A DNA stretch of 64,000 bases from Trichosphaerium sp. ATCC 40318 (taxonomy: Eukaryota > Protista > Tubulinea). The stretch's first letter is position 1. Each line of letters begins with the position of its first letter. Positions 26,301-38,249 of the stretch are shown in pieces. The stretch is from contig JALMLS010000455.1 in the NCBI GenBank assembly GCA_038496445.1, positions 940,825 through 1,004,824 of the forward strand, given 5' to 3'. A program made the translations under genes and the position numbers. The notes beneath the pieces were generated by a model. It was not told the origin of the DNA. It ran no database searches and worked only from the letters and a program-made list of their open reading frames with translations.

Positions 26301-26572
26301 TTGCCGTGCGTCAATCCTATTACATTTATCACATAAAACTATTCTAATCAGACATTGATAGGTACTTGCTTGATGAAGCAAATAAGGCAGCACTTGACTA
26401 TGATAAATCCGAAATTATCAATATTTATTTTGACTTACCACAAGCACCTCACGCAAAGCCACCAGAACCAGTTGAAGCACCTCTACAAAACGATAAAATA
26501 GACCACTTTCCAATAGAACAACCAGGTTTAAGAAACCAACCTACTTTTTATGAAGAGCCACTAACGCTGTAA
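23376..26572 (+). CDS. Zn(II)2Cys6 binuclear-cluster transcription factor, multi-exon
   Basis: KRACEFCRQKHLKCDGDVPCSRCKQKGYKCKY...KKRGP (C-x2-C-x6-C-x5-C-x2-C-x6-C); downstream helical exons bounded by GT-AG; 3' end less certain. Confidence 0.8.
24662..24914 (+). mobile_element. Non-autonomous DNA transposon (MITE) in an intron of the Zn2Cys6 gene
   Basis: Imperfect ~57-bp TIRs (cggacccacgttttttccgaatttttcg... / ...cggaaaattcgtaaaaaactatggcccc) flanked by 8-bp direct repeat ATTACAGC (24654-24661, 24915-24922); second copy at 12871. Confidence 0.88.
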
Positions 26573-27219
26573 GCTCACATAATTTTTTTCCCAAGAAGTT
26601 CTTTTTGTCAACGTCATGAATCTTGCTGTTCGCGCTCTTTTTGTACATTTTTAACCCTTTCTAGTGATACTTCAACAGAAATTACTCAACCTGATATGTT
26701 TATAAGAGGTAACGACAGCTAATAACAACACAGCAGAACATTCAAAGGTACTTTTGATTATGCCAAAAAAACATACTGTTTTTTTTAATTTCAATCGCTA
26801 GTTGAAACGTTGAATCACATGTGGGTAATATTTTATGCTTTGTCGTGAATGTATACACATGATATTCATTCAGTTCGGCATTGATAGTGTTTCTTTACGG
26901 CCTTCTCACTTTAATGTAACAATAAATAACTAACAACTGTATCTCATTGTCGCAAGTCCTCTTGTCCGCCAAGGTAATGTAAGAGTGTTAGTTCGCCCCC
27001 ATCAATAATGACCAACTGCTTTTAACCAATCAGCATCTTTTCCTAAAAACCATCTAAATGTCGCCCTTTCGATTTCTTTGGTGCATGATTCTCTACCAAA
27101 TTACCAGTTTTTTCATAAATTTCCGAATGGTAATGAACTGATTGTTTTCGTAAAAACGTTGATAAATATTAACGGAGTTACTTGCTACGATTATAAAATA
27201 CAAAGCCCCATGGGGTTTA

Positions 27220-27562
27220 TTAACCAACGACATGATGACGGCTATGGTGATGTACACGGTGATGTGCATGGCGACGACTATAGTGATGACCTCCCATCCA
27301 ACTTACTTTTCTTGCAGCACGTCTACGCGCTTCTTCTGCAGCTCTACCAGCGTTGGAACCTGTTTGTTGTCTGTGGTGTTCTCTTTGAAACCTATTTTGC
27401 CGCCTTAGAGTACCTACGTAAACGTTAATAGAGTCTATGAATTGTATGTTGGAGCAGTTAGCATCAACTCGTGGCTAATACTAAAAAAAACTCACCTTGA
27501 CTGTGTACTAAAGCGCACAAAGCTATTGTGACTACAAGTAATAGTATAAAGCGTGCTTGCAT
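27220..27562 (-). CDS. Small secreted Arg/His-rich peptide (86 aa, two exons 27562-27496 and 27413-27220)
   Basis: Signal peptide MQARFILLVVTIALCALVHS, G|gtgag donor, attaac...tacgtag acceptor, mature QGTLRRQNRFQREHHRQQTGSNAGRAAEEARRRAARKVSWMGGHHYSRRHAHHRVHHHSRHHVVG*, AATAAA overlapping the stop. Confidence 0.65.
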
Positions 27563-28549
27563 TGTATTCTTTGTTTAGATTAGACGTTTTGGGATTTTCT
27601 GTTCCTTATTAGGCGTAAGATTAAGTAATTAGGCCTACTTTACTTGTGCACCGGTTTTTACAGTTTAGCACGTATTATGAGTGTTTGCAACTCTACGCGG
27701 GACTTCAAGTTTTGTAAACTACCCAAACTATGCGAAATACGCGTAAGACAGTTCAGAGCTGTTTTTTACGCGTATAGTGAAGAGTTTTGTTTACCAAAGA
27801 TCTTATTTCTAGAATCTGGCCCATATGGTGCGGACGCTTATTTCTACGCTTAGAGAGTTGTGTCTAGGCGAAAACCGCTCCTTTTAGACTTTCAATTTGT
27901 TGCAATCGAGTTTACGAGTAACCAGTATTATATTTCTTGTACACGTTACCAAGGAATATTGTAGTTTTATACTCCGAAAGGATACAAAAGAAAAATCTGA
28001 TAAAGCGATTATCGTAAAAAAACAAGCAAGTCGCGAAAATGTACTCGTCCAACCGTTTTTTTATGTCAAGGCACTGATATTTTGGACAGGTTTTAAACTA
28101 GTTTGCAAATATGGCCATATTAAACAGACGTACACTACACTAAACGTGTAACCTGCATCTCTTTTTGAAGCATCCATTGGGAATGGGAAAATCGGAAAGT
28201 TGTCTTCAAAAAACTTCTGGATTTTCCTTTTACGCTCCATTGCCAATACGAAAAGAAAAAGAAAACCCTCAGCATAATGTGAAAACAATCGAATGGGGTG
28301 TGGCTACTAAAATGGAAATCTGGTACAGAGGGTTATAACAAGTGGTAAGCATACAGGATATGAAGAAGATTAACTACACAACATCGGTAATCAACCTCAA
28401 AGAGTAGGCTAGCGTACAAGTCGTACATTGTGTTAGGATACTGAAATTGAAAGAGTAGATAGGTTTGGGTACTGAATGCCAATTGAGGAGATTCACTTTG
28501 TATTCAGAAAGCTGATGGTTATCTAATTGGTGACTTAGCATCTGATAAA

Positions 28550-29537
28550 ATGAAGCGCATGTCATCGTTAACAACTAACGAACCTTCAAAGAAAATAAAA
28601 AAGCTAACAAACCTCTGTACAGACGCGTTGGGATCATTGTCGGATGATAAACTGCTAGAACAGCTAAACAAATGTCAAGTGCCTTTAGAATCACTCTCCG
28701 ACGCTATTATAAACCGCATTGGCAACATTTACGCAAAAGAAGTCGTTAGATCAATGTACGACATTCACGAGCGTCTTAAGCTCCCAAACATCAAAAACAA
28801 TACAAAGGCTAAAGAAAAAGCGTTATCCATGTTAAAATATCACTTGGACACAATCACCTTCACCAAAGAGTTCAAATCTCGCTTTAGTGAATGGATAAAA
28901 GCTATGAGACAGTTTGTTTATTATCTTTCTGATGCGGAAGAAGAAGAGAGTATGAGTAGTTTAGATGAGCAAGAAGATTTCCCAGCACCGACATGTAGCA
29001 GTTATGAGCAAATTGATCAACTAGAGCTATTGGGTGAACTTGTTGAGGTTCAGAGTATAGGTACAGTGCAACTAAATGTGGATGTTTATAAATTATTCTT
29101 TTGGTTTTTTTTTCCTCCTTTCGCTTTATTGGCTGACATTGTTGGTTTTTTTTGTAGATAACGCGATGATAAAAATAGCAAAAGACACTATCGTAGAAAA
29201 AATAGTTAATGCAAGTGTCGGTTTTGGTGAAGATAAAATATATATTCACTTTAGTTATACAGTATCTAGTCCTCATAGGGATACTTATAAATCTGAAGTG
29301 TACTTTTCTGCAAATGGAAAAAGTATTTTCTACGAGTACACTGAGATTTCCACAACAAAAGAGGGTGGTACTGAAGAAATTGAGAAACTTCAAAAGGATA
29401 TGTTCAAACTCATTTCAACAAAGCTTGGTGGCAATGTAGATATGGTCTTTACTAAGTATCAGTTCCTAACTTTTTTACATCTCATTTTTAACTATGACAA
29501 TGATGAAATGTATTCACATTCATTCTTAGCGCTTTAA
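28550..29537 (+). CDS. Hypothetical protein (2 exons, intron ~29061-29157), N-terminal NLS-like motif
   Basis: Two long overlapping ORFs joined by a gtacag...ttgtag intron; PSKKIKK near the N-terminus; AATAAA right after the stop. Confidence 0.6.
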
Positions 29538-32002
29538 AAATAAAGTATTTGTTGTTACTGGTATTTATTATAGCACCCACTTTATTGGAGAATTCCTGGA
29601 CATGTTCCTTGGTATAGCCTTAATCGTCTTTTTATTTTTTTGTTGTGTGACCTTACCTCACAATAACATAACGATTGTTTAACTCCAAAGGGTACTCCGT
29701 TACCATAAAGATTGATTTTCTATGAGACGCGCTTTGAGTTTGTTCAGTAACATAAGTTATCTAGTATACTTTATCCGGTTACTTCTTCGAGCTTTCCAGG
29801 TGTTTGATCTTTCAAGCTGCACTAGCTGTTTCTGGTGCGAAGCTTTTTTCTTGGTGTGTAGGGTGAGACTGTAACAGCGTTAACGGACATTATATGTCCA
29901 TTAAAACTTATTACATACTTGAACGTCAACTCATCTATTAAAGAAAATGAAAAAAACACAGCGTACAAACAGTGTCTCGTGCATTTTTAGTTAGAACAAG
30001 TGTAGATGAAGTTTGTAAGAAGCATCTGGTACTTTCGAGATAAAAGAAAGTACATACGTCATAAACAGTCTGAATTATCGGCTTTTGGATGCATTTGACT
30101 TGGTCATTTGACACATGTCAAAATGTGCTGCCAAGTGTCAATGTGAAAGATCGGTTTTTTGTTTAATCATTTCATTTACGCACCGTATTTCTAATACAGG
30201 ATCTTTCGATACAAGAAGAGCTATTGCGAACACTTGAACTTCAAAAAGTTAGAAGTTATAAAGAGTCTTCGCCACAACTATTTTCAGGCGTAGTCGCCGT
30301 TTTTTTTGTTACCGTTGCTTCCTACTGATAGACGTTGTAGGTAAAATCATAGCAAAGACGACAGAGCAGTACAAAAGTCTCTAAAAGTGCAACCACTCAC
30401 TATAGAAGTGAGATAGAGAGCTACACAATACTTAACCGGCGGGATTTGGGCGGTTTAACGTTTCTTTTTTCAAAAGGCGTTCTTTTTTTGCTTGTACGTG
30501 GTTAAATCAAGCTAAAGTATGTACTTGGCTACTCGTTGGTACCCTACTCTATGGACACGGCTGTAATTTTATCACGCTAACTAAAGCCTTCAAAAATGTT
30601 CTATATGCACTAAATAGGCGCTTACAGTCCTTTTTGGCCTTTATGTAGTCAGCGAAAAAACTGACCGTTGGGGAAAAAGTGTGACCAAGCTTTTTCAGCG
30701 AGAAAAGGCAAGCTGCAACAACAAAGGGGTATTGGCTAACTTTGGTTGGCTTTTATTGTAGAGGTATCCCATTCGTTAGTGATAAGGGTTTACTGTTACC
30801 TCGTGCAGCTCCGTTGCAGTTTTGTCTTTTCTTGTCCGCCTGCTACTCATAGACTCTAAGATTGGGACGCATCATTATACAAGGTAAGATGTTCGCTTTA
30901 ACTTAGTATTAGCGTTCTGACTTTTTATTCAAGCACCGAGGACTCTGTAGACGCGTGGAGGGTAGTAACGCGTATTCAGCTCTGCACCTTTAGTTTTAGC
31001 TCTTTTTTGGTTTGTTTTGATCCTTGTGCGTTAAGTTTTCGCCAAGACGCTGCTGAATGGTTTGTCTCTTGTTGGCCCTTTAATGTCTGTGTTGGAGCGT
31101 TTACACAGTTTCGTTGCTGTTGACCTGCGCCGTGTAGTGAGCCGTACAGCGTTACGTTTGTTTATGCTATTACAACGTTTTTGAAAATGCAAATAGCGTC
31201 TTTCTATTCAGAACAATTAGCCGTCATCCGAAATGTGTTTAGAAGTTGGCATGTTGATCATGACGCAGCTATGGCACTCACACGTTTTTGCCAGATTACG
31301 CAAGCATTCCAATGCTTGTCGGCTTCAAAACGTAGTGTTAAATGAGTATATGGTGTGAAAGCGTAAAATTATGTAACCGAGAAAAAAATTATGAACTAAC
31401 ACAGGATATGCTCTTTGAGCACTTGCTCATAGCCGCTCTAAACGATTGGCTGAAAAAACGGTTTGCTCTCTAAAATCGAGCAAAAATACTCTGGACCCGT
31501 TAATTACGCGTAAAGGGAGTGTAGGTGTGCCCAAAACGCCGTTTAAAGCAAAAAAGATAATAATATGGTAAAACTCCCTGGGCTCCCTCAATTATATTCT
31601 AATACAGCCTATTAGTGTTTGGACCGCGTTGCGCTAGCCTTTAATGTTTGAAAGAAAAATTCTCACGTAGAAAACTGGACATTTTTTGCATCACTAAAAT
31701 TAGCCATGCTAAACGCATCAGTCACGTGTTCGGCCATAGAAATACCTGAACATTTAATTGAGTGTTTGTTAATCTTCTTCTGTTGTTGAACTGAAAACTA
31801 TTCTGTCGTCAGCCCTCAGTAAAATGGACAACTTAAAGTACAACGCACAGGTTGAGATAAAACCACATGGTGTAAACAAAGAGCGGTATGAAAATGCACC
31901 AACATCAATGTGGTTGATGGTAAGCGACGTGGTGACTAGTATGAAAATGGAGAATTTGCATCAACGTCCATATGGGTTGATGGAAAGAAACTAACTTGAG
32001 GT

Positions 32003-32678
32003 TTAAACAAAGTGGTATGCTCCTTGCTTGTTCGTTCGGCACCACATACACACCCCTTCATGTTTGCCATTAACAAGATAATATTTTGTGCGCAATTGGC
32101 CGTTGGTGGCCAACACTTGTATTCTCCTTCAAATTTACCATTGACTTTAGTGCCATGCAGCCACAGTTGACCATTTGGATACCACCTCTTGTACTCTCCA
32201 TCAAGTGCGCCATTGACAAAATTGTATTGCAAACTCACTCGTCCATTATCATGCCAACTCTTGCATTCTCCATGTTGACTACCATGTGACCAACACCGTT
32301 GATGAGTCTAAAATAAAATTAAAAAGTGTTGTACTAAAAAACCCACAGTACAAGTTGGTTTTTGGATGTTCTACTTTCCCATTTTCCATGTTTTTTCATG
32401 TCGCTATCAAACCTAGTGTTCCTTGCTGCATTTTTCGAAAGTAGAGGCCACTTTAAATACACTGATGATTCTAAATCGATGATATCAAGCTGTATCTCAA
32501 CTGGAAGGAGCACTAGATGGCAAGTTTCTGATTTTACACTAGATCTCTACATTTAGTTGTTATGTGCTTAATTAGATTATTGAAAAGTTGTCAGTACCTT
32601 GTATAGAACGCTAATGGTGTATACGAGAATCCTCAACAAGAAATAAATACCACAGATCAGTATGTACATTTCTAACAT
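32003..32678 (-). CDS. TM anchor + F-box-like motif + MORN-variant (MORN_2) repeats; 1-nt frameshift near 32108 (pseudogene or sequence error)
   Basis: MLEMYILICGIYFLLRILV; LVLLPVEIQLDII; QHGECKSWHDNG, LDGEYKRWYPNGQL, FEGEYKCW[fs]NGQLRTKYYLVNGKHEG. Confidence 0.6.
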
Positions 32679-32806
32679 TGCGTTGTGCCCTTGAGTACCG
32701 ACTAGTTATTCAGCAAATACAACAAATGATTTTGAATAGCTTGGACTCAAGCGTGAAAATCAATTGAACTTTTCGAACACAGCACAAGCAATCGCCGAAT
32801 AAAAAA

Positions 32807-35179
32807 ATGCGTGTCGTACTAGCTCTATTAGTACTCGTTGTATTATCAAGTTACGCGCAAAAGCCTCCAAAACCGCACGTGGTATTCCTTTTGATAGACG
32901 ACTACGGTTGGGCCAATGTTGGTTACCACAGGTACGTACAGTAGTATTTTATATACCGTTAACGGTTTTTATCTTGTGACACCCTTTCCAATACCAAACG
33001 TTGGCTATCTTTTTAATAGTTTGTTTTTTACATTTTATTTTGTTTTACTAGCGAGCTAGCACTTTATCACATTTCGGCAAAATAACCTCATACTAATAGG
33101 AACCCTCCTACTAAAGAGGTTCAAACACCTAATATCGATGCATTAGTTGCTGAAGGCATAGAATTAGATAGACACTACGTATTCAAGGTATGTCACTTTT
33201 CACGCTACTTTTCCGATTTCTTTTCTTTTGCCACGTGTTTTTCTTCTTATTTGCCTTTTTACACCAATTGATATAGTACTGCTCTCCAACTCGTTCTGCT
33301 ATACAATCAGGAAGAAATCCTATCCACGTTAACGTGCTAAATATCCCACCAACCTTTCACAATGTTACCGATCCTGTGTCTGGTTTTCAAGGTATTCCAA
33401 GGAACATGACGGGCATTGCTGAAAAGATGAAGAGTGCTGGTTATGCTACTCATATGGCAGGGAAATGGTAAGCAATAATTAATAATTATCAAAGTGCTAA
33501 ACGATCCTAGGGACGCTGGCATGGTAAAGCTTCGTACAAATGAAAACTTTTAATTTAACTTCTATAATATAGGCAACACCTGATCATTCTCCTCTTGGAA
33601 GAGGATATGAAACAAGTCTTCATTACTTTCATCATGCAAACGACTACTGGACGTACGTTATTGTGCAAAAAAAAGAGCCGGCAGCTTTTTGCGTATCGAG
33701 ATATTTGCAACTTTGTATCACGTGTTATTCCTCATGGTACTTAAGGTATGATGTTGGTCAGTGTTCAAAAGAAAATATTGTAGATTTGTGGCATACCGAT
33801 GAGCCAGCACGGGCACTTACTAATCCAAAAACATGCAGTCAGAGTAATCAAGCAAGCGATTGCGTTTACGAAGATCAGTTATTTGAACAACATGTTTTTG
33901 ACGTTTTGGATAATCATGATCCATCAACCCCTCTCTTCCTATTCTGGGCACCTCACTCTATTCACGCACCTCTAGAGGTAAGATACCATGATATAAGAAT
34001 ACTCTCATTCACAAATACACTCAAGGTACCTCAAGAGTACGTCGACAAGTTCTCGTTTATCGACAAAAAACCAAGACAAATGTACCACGTGCGTGATATT
34101 TTTCTTCGCCTGTAGTTTTGTTCTTGACATTTAAACAGGCTATGGTAAACTTTATCGATTCCCGTATTGGTATGATCGTAAATAAGCTAAAAGAAAAAGG
34201 AATGTTTGAAGATACATTGATTGTAATGTCAGCAGATAATGGAGGACCAATCTATTCAAATGGTACAATACCTGTTCTTGCCTTTATTTTGTTTTAACCT
34301 TATAAGGTTCTGCTGGAGCTAATAACTGGCCACTCAGAGGAGGAAAGATGAGCAACTTTGAAGGAGGCGTAAGAGTCAACGCCTTTGCATCTGGAGGTCT
34401 AGTACGTATACAAAATCAAACTCTCGATAGAGAATCTACACTTTTGTTTATACAAAGTAGATTCCAAAAGAACGAAGAGGAACTAAGGAAGAAGGATATA
34501 TATGTGGATGGGATTGGTATGCTACATTCTGTGCTATAGCAGGTGTTGATCCAACTGATGAAAAAGCTGCTAAAGGTAACTATAAAATTCATAAGCGTTT
34601 TCTTAGCTTTGTCTAGCAAAATTACCTCCAATCGACTCCCTCAACATGTGGCCTCTTTTATCCGGACAAACTAAGACAAGTCCACGTAATATAATTCCCC
34701 TGGGAAGTCCAGATCCTCCTAGTGCTAGTGGTAGTATGGTACCTACAATAGTTAATGGCGTAATAGTAGGTGAATGGAAGGTAACAGTTACTTTAGCAAA
34801 GTAATGAACTAAATTCTTATAGCTCCTTGTTGGTGATGTAACTCAAGATTCTTGGACTGGTCCACAGTACCCTAACATTACTACAAACTGGATATCAACA
34901 GCTCATCATCTCTCCTGTGGAACCAGCGGTTGCCTATTCAACATTAAGAATGGTAAACAAAACTATTTTTTTTTACACTCCTTTGACTAACTTTTAACAG
35001 ATCCAACTGAACACGTTAATCTGGCAAGCCAAGAACCTGCAATGCTCGCTGAAATGCATACTCACCTGAAAAGAGCTCAAGCGTCAGTATTTAGCCCTCA
35101 TAGAGGTACTGTATCACCAAAAGCATGTGAAGACGCTCTAGGCAAGTATAAAGGATATTGGGGTCCTTTTGTCGAATAA
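32807..35179 (+). CDS. Arylsulfatase B-like secreted/lysosomal sulfatase, multi-exon
   Basis: Signal peptide, PHVVFLLIDDYGW, TPNID, CSPTRSAIQSGR (CxPxR formylglycine motif), GYATHMAGKW, SADNGG, NWPLRGGK, FEGGVRV. Confidence 0.92.
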
Positions 35180-36668
35180 ATATGTGTGGCTATTCACTCA
35201 TTTGAGTGAGAACAGCTTTTCACCTTTGCACTATACATTCTTCAAGTTACTCCTAATTCGTGACTTTGTATTTGGCGAGGGCGATCAATTACTATTCCTG
35301 TTTTTTTCCTACAAAGTGAACTTTCCATTGCCAATAACATGTTCTTGCGAGAGTGATGACTGCAGCTTTGAAGCCATTATCTTACATCCAATAAAACTAC
35401 AGCATGTTTGTTCTTTCTTGCAGGTGAGTTTATCCTGTGAACATTTTAGAATCCTTCAAAACAAAAAGTACAGGTGCCTTGTTACAAGTAAATTCATTTC
35501 AAAACGAAAAATAATTTCACTTTTACTATCGTATAGTATCCAGTAGTACCAGTGCAAATCAACGTTAAGTAACATATGTTTTGGTACATTGATACCTCAG
35601 CATTGAATGGCCGTCATTCACGGATAATAAGAAGTTGTACCAAGACTCCATCGTTTTATTTACAAGCTGGGTACATGAAAAAGTTGTCTGACAATTTAGA
35701 ATGTTTAAAGTACACATTGCTTGACATCGGTTTGCTCCGTTTGCATGTTTTCTATACTGAGTGTTGCATCTGGCACGATGCTACAAAAGATGCTTGTATG
35801 TGAGTACTTTGGCTCCAACGCTATTGACATGTGTATTTTTACAATTGATCATTGAGTGTGAGGTTACTTTTAAATAGCAAGCTTTGAAGCTATTAAACAC
35901 AACTATTGACATCTCAAAGACAAAACATTTTAGCATACAAATTGAAAAGGAAATTTTTGGGTGGGATGTGGGTGATTGCTGCTCGCCATGTTGTTAATAA
36001 GCTTTGTAGGTTGTTGATTTAAACGAAGTCAACTGAAGTTTACCTAAACGTCTGTAACGGAGTAAAACACGTGTACATCCATGAAATGTTATCACATGTG
36101 TTTTTTTTTTTTTTGTTTCACTCGCAAGTTCTGAATATTCCTTTGTGATCGCTAAGTTATTTTGATTGATAGCATCACTTGATACTATAGGCCTAGTACA
36201 CAATTTATTCTAAAGCCCATTCATATTGTGAACACCTTTTTTTTTTTATTTGTTTATCATTATAGTAACCGCACATTGTTTCTGACAATCTTTTCTTTAT
36301 GGTATGTGTCTCTACACCTTGCCTGTTATATTATACATTTGCTTTGCAGTAGTAGAAGAAAGAAAGCTAGTCAAGAAGACGATTGACCAACAAACAACAT
36401 AAAATATTTAGCACACAAACACGAACAACGTTTTTCTCATCTTTGAGCTCAAAAATACAAGCAATGACGTCAAATTACATAATGTACGATTAAACCAAAG
36501 TGCTTCTATCATTTGTTAAATAGTTAATGATACCATGTGTAACGCACTGGTGGCGGGATACATGATTGTATGAATCGTTTTTTTGAAAAAAACTTCAACC
36601 TCTGTAGTTTATAATATTCACAACCGTTAAGGTCACCACATACCTTATCACCGAAACGCAGAACAACG

Positions 36669-37960
36669 ATGCAACGTGTGGAGATAGTAGTGATTGGGAA
36701 TCCCAATGTTGGTACGCTATCACACACGTGACAGCCAATAGAGAAAAACAAGCTGTTTCGTAAAATTGTTTCTCTAACACGATTGTTTGGCGTAGGAAAG
36801 ACTTGTTTCGTGATGAAATTCGTCCAAGGTACGTACAAGAACTGATTTAACATACCAAAAATGCTATACATCCAAATATACTTCACTCACGCTACTCCAT
36901 GTGGTGTAATTATGAGCATAACTGCACTTTGAATTTCCTACACCCTAGTTTTCGAACTCGAACATTATCGTAAGTTAATGACGCGTAGGAAGCCTCCCTA
37001 AAAAGTTCACACCTTCTGTATTTCAACAAGACTACCCGTAATATTTACATATCATCGTTTTTACATAAACTAATAGATATGTAGAATGCCTTGGCGGACA
37101 TATTTCGGAGTAGACGTAGACTTAAGTACGGAATAACCAAAAAAAAAAACTCCTCCTTTTGGGTTTTAGAATCGTCATGTAAAAAAAATCACGTGATTTA
37201 TGACGGCACGATTGTCTTAACTTTACGTTAGCATTATGGGATACACCAGGTATTTATCATCATATTCCGCCAAGCTCACGGGATAATACAGACACGACGT
37301 ACGATAGTCAAATTTATTCTGAAGCTGTACGCCTTCTCCTTTTTTGTGTTTTTCAAAGCAACGCTTGAACCAATTTAAGTTTATTTCCGTTTATTTTATG
37401 TTGTTATCCGGCTGTCTATCATTAGTTTATCTTTAAATTGTATTTTTGGAATACAGCTATTGACCTTCTTTTTTTAGACTTGTTTTCTTTGTATGTTCGA
37501 TGTAACTTCTTCCAAGTCTTTAAGAGCCATAGAAACGAGAGTATGTAATTCGAATCAATTAATTTACGTTAATGTTATTGACGTATAGTACTACCGTTCG
37601 ATTATGAGATACAGACCTGAAGCGCCCATCATTTTGATTGGAACGAAAACAGATTTGCGAGACAAAGACAACAAACGCCATGTTTCAACAGAAAAGGCTG
37701 TTGAAACAGCGAAGAAGATAAATGTATGCTTATGTACTTTCTCTGTGATCACTAATGATATGTACAGGCACACAGTTATATAGAAACAAGCGCAGTTACA
37801 GGCGTTGGGTTGTACTCAGGTAAGAAACCAAAGTTAGTGACGCAAAAGATTCTATTTCTAAGTGTCTATAGCGATTACTGAAGCTACAACTGCAGCGTTA
37901 CTGAGCCAAGGATTCAAAAGATATACAAAGGCTCCTAAAAAGACATGTTCTATCATGTGA
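36669..37960 (+). CDS. Rho/Rac-like small GTPase, multi-exon, C-terminal CAAX
   Basis: IVVIGNPNVG/KT, LWDTPG, PIILIGTKTDLR, YIETSA, ends KKTCSIM*. Confidence 0.8.
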
Positions 37961-38249
37961 GGTGACTTTCTATTGAAGCAGTTAGATTCAACAAAAGCGA
38001 ACATGAAAAGCAAATGATTGAAACTCCCTGGACATTGCATCCACCAACGGCGGTAGATTATCAAGCAATGATGGAATAGAATATGATTTACGCAAGCTAA
38101 TAAGCGTGGAATCCAGCAAAAGTGAGAAAGAGGACAAAAGGTAGAAACAATATCAAGCAAAGAAAAAGAAATATCAATGAACCTTAGAATGCAATAAATC
38201 TTTGACTGGTGAGAAAGACTTTGGTTTATTGTTTTCTCAGTACATCTGG

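Noticed and set aside
29700-31350. Splice-like signals on both strands hinting at small multi-exon genes
   Set aside because: Could not assemble a convincing stop-free ORF with a recognisable product.
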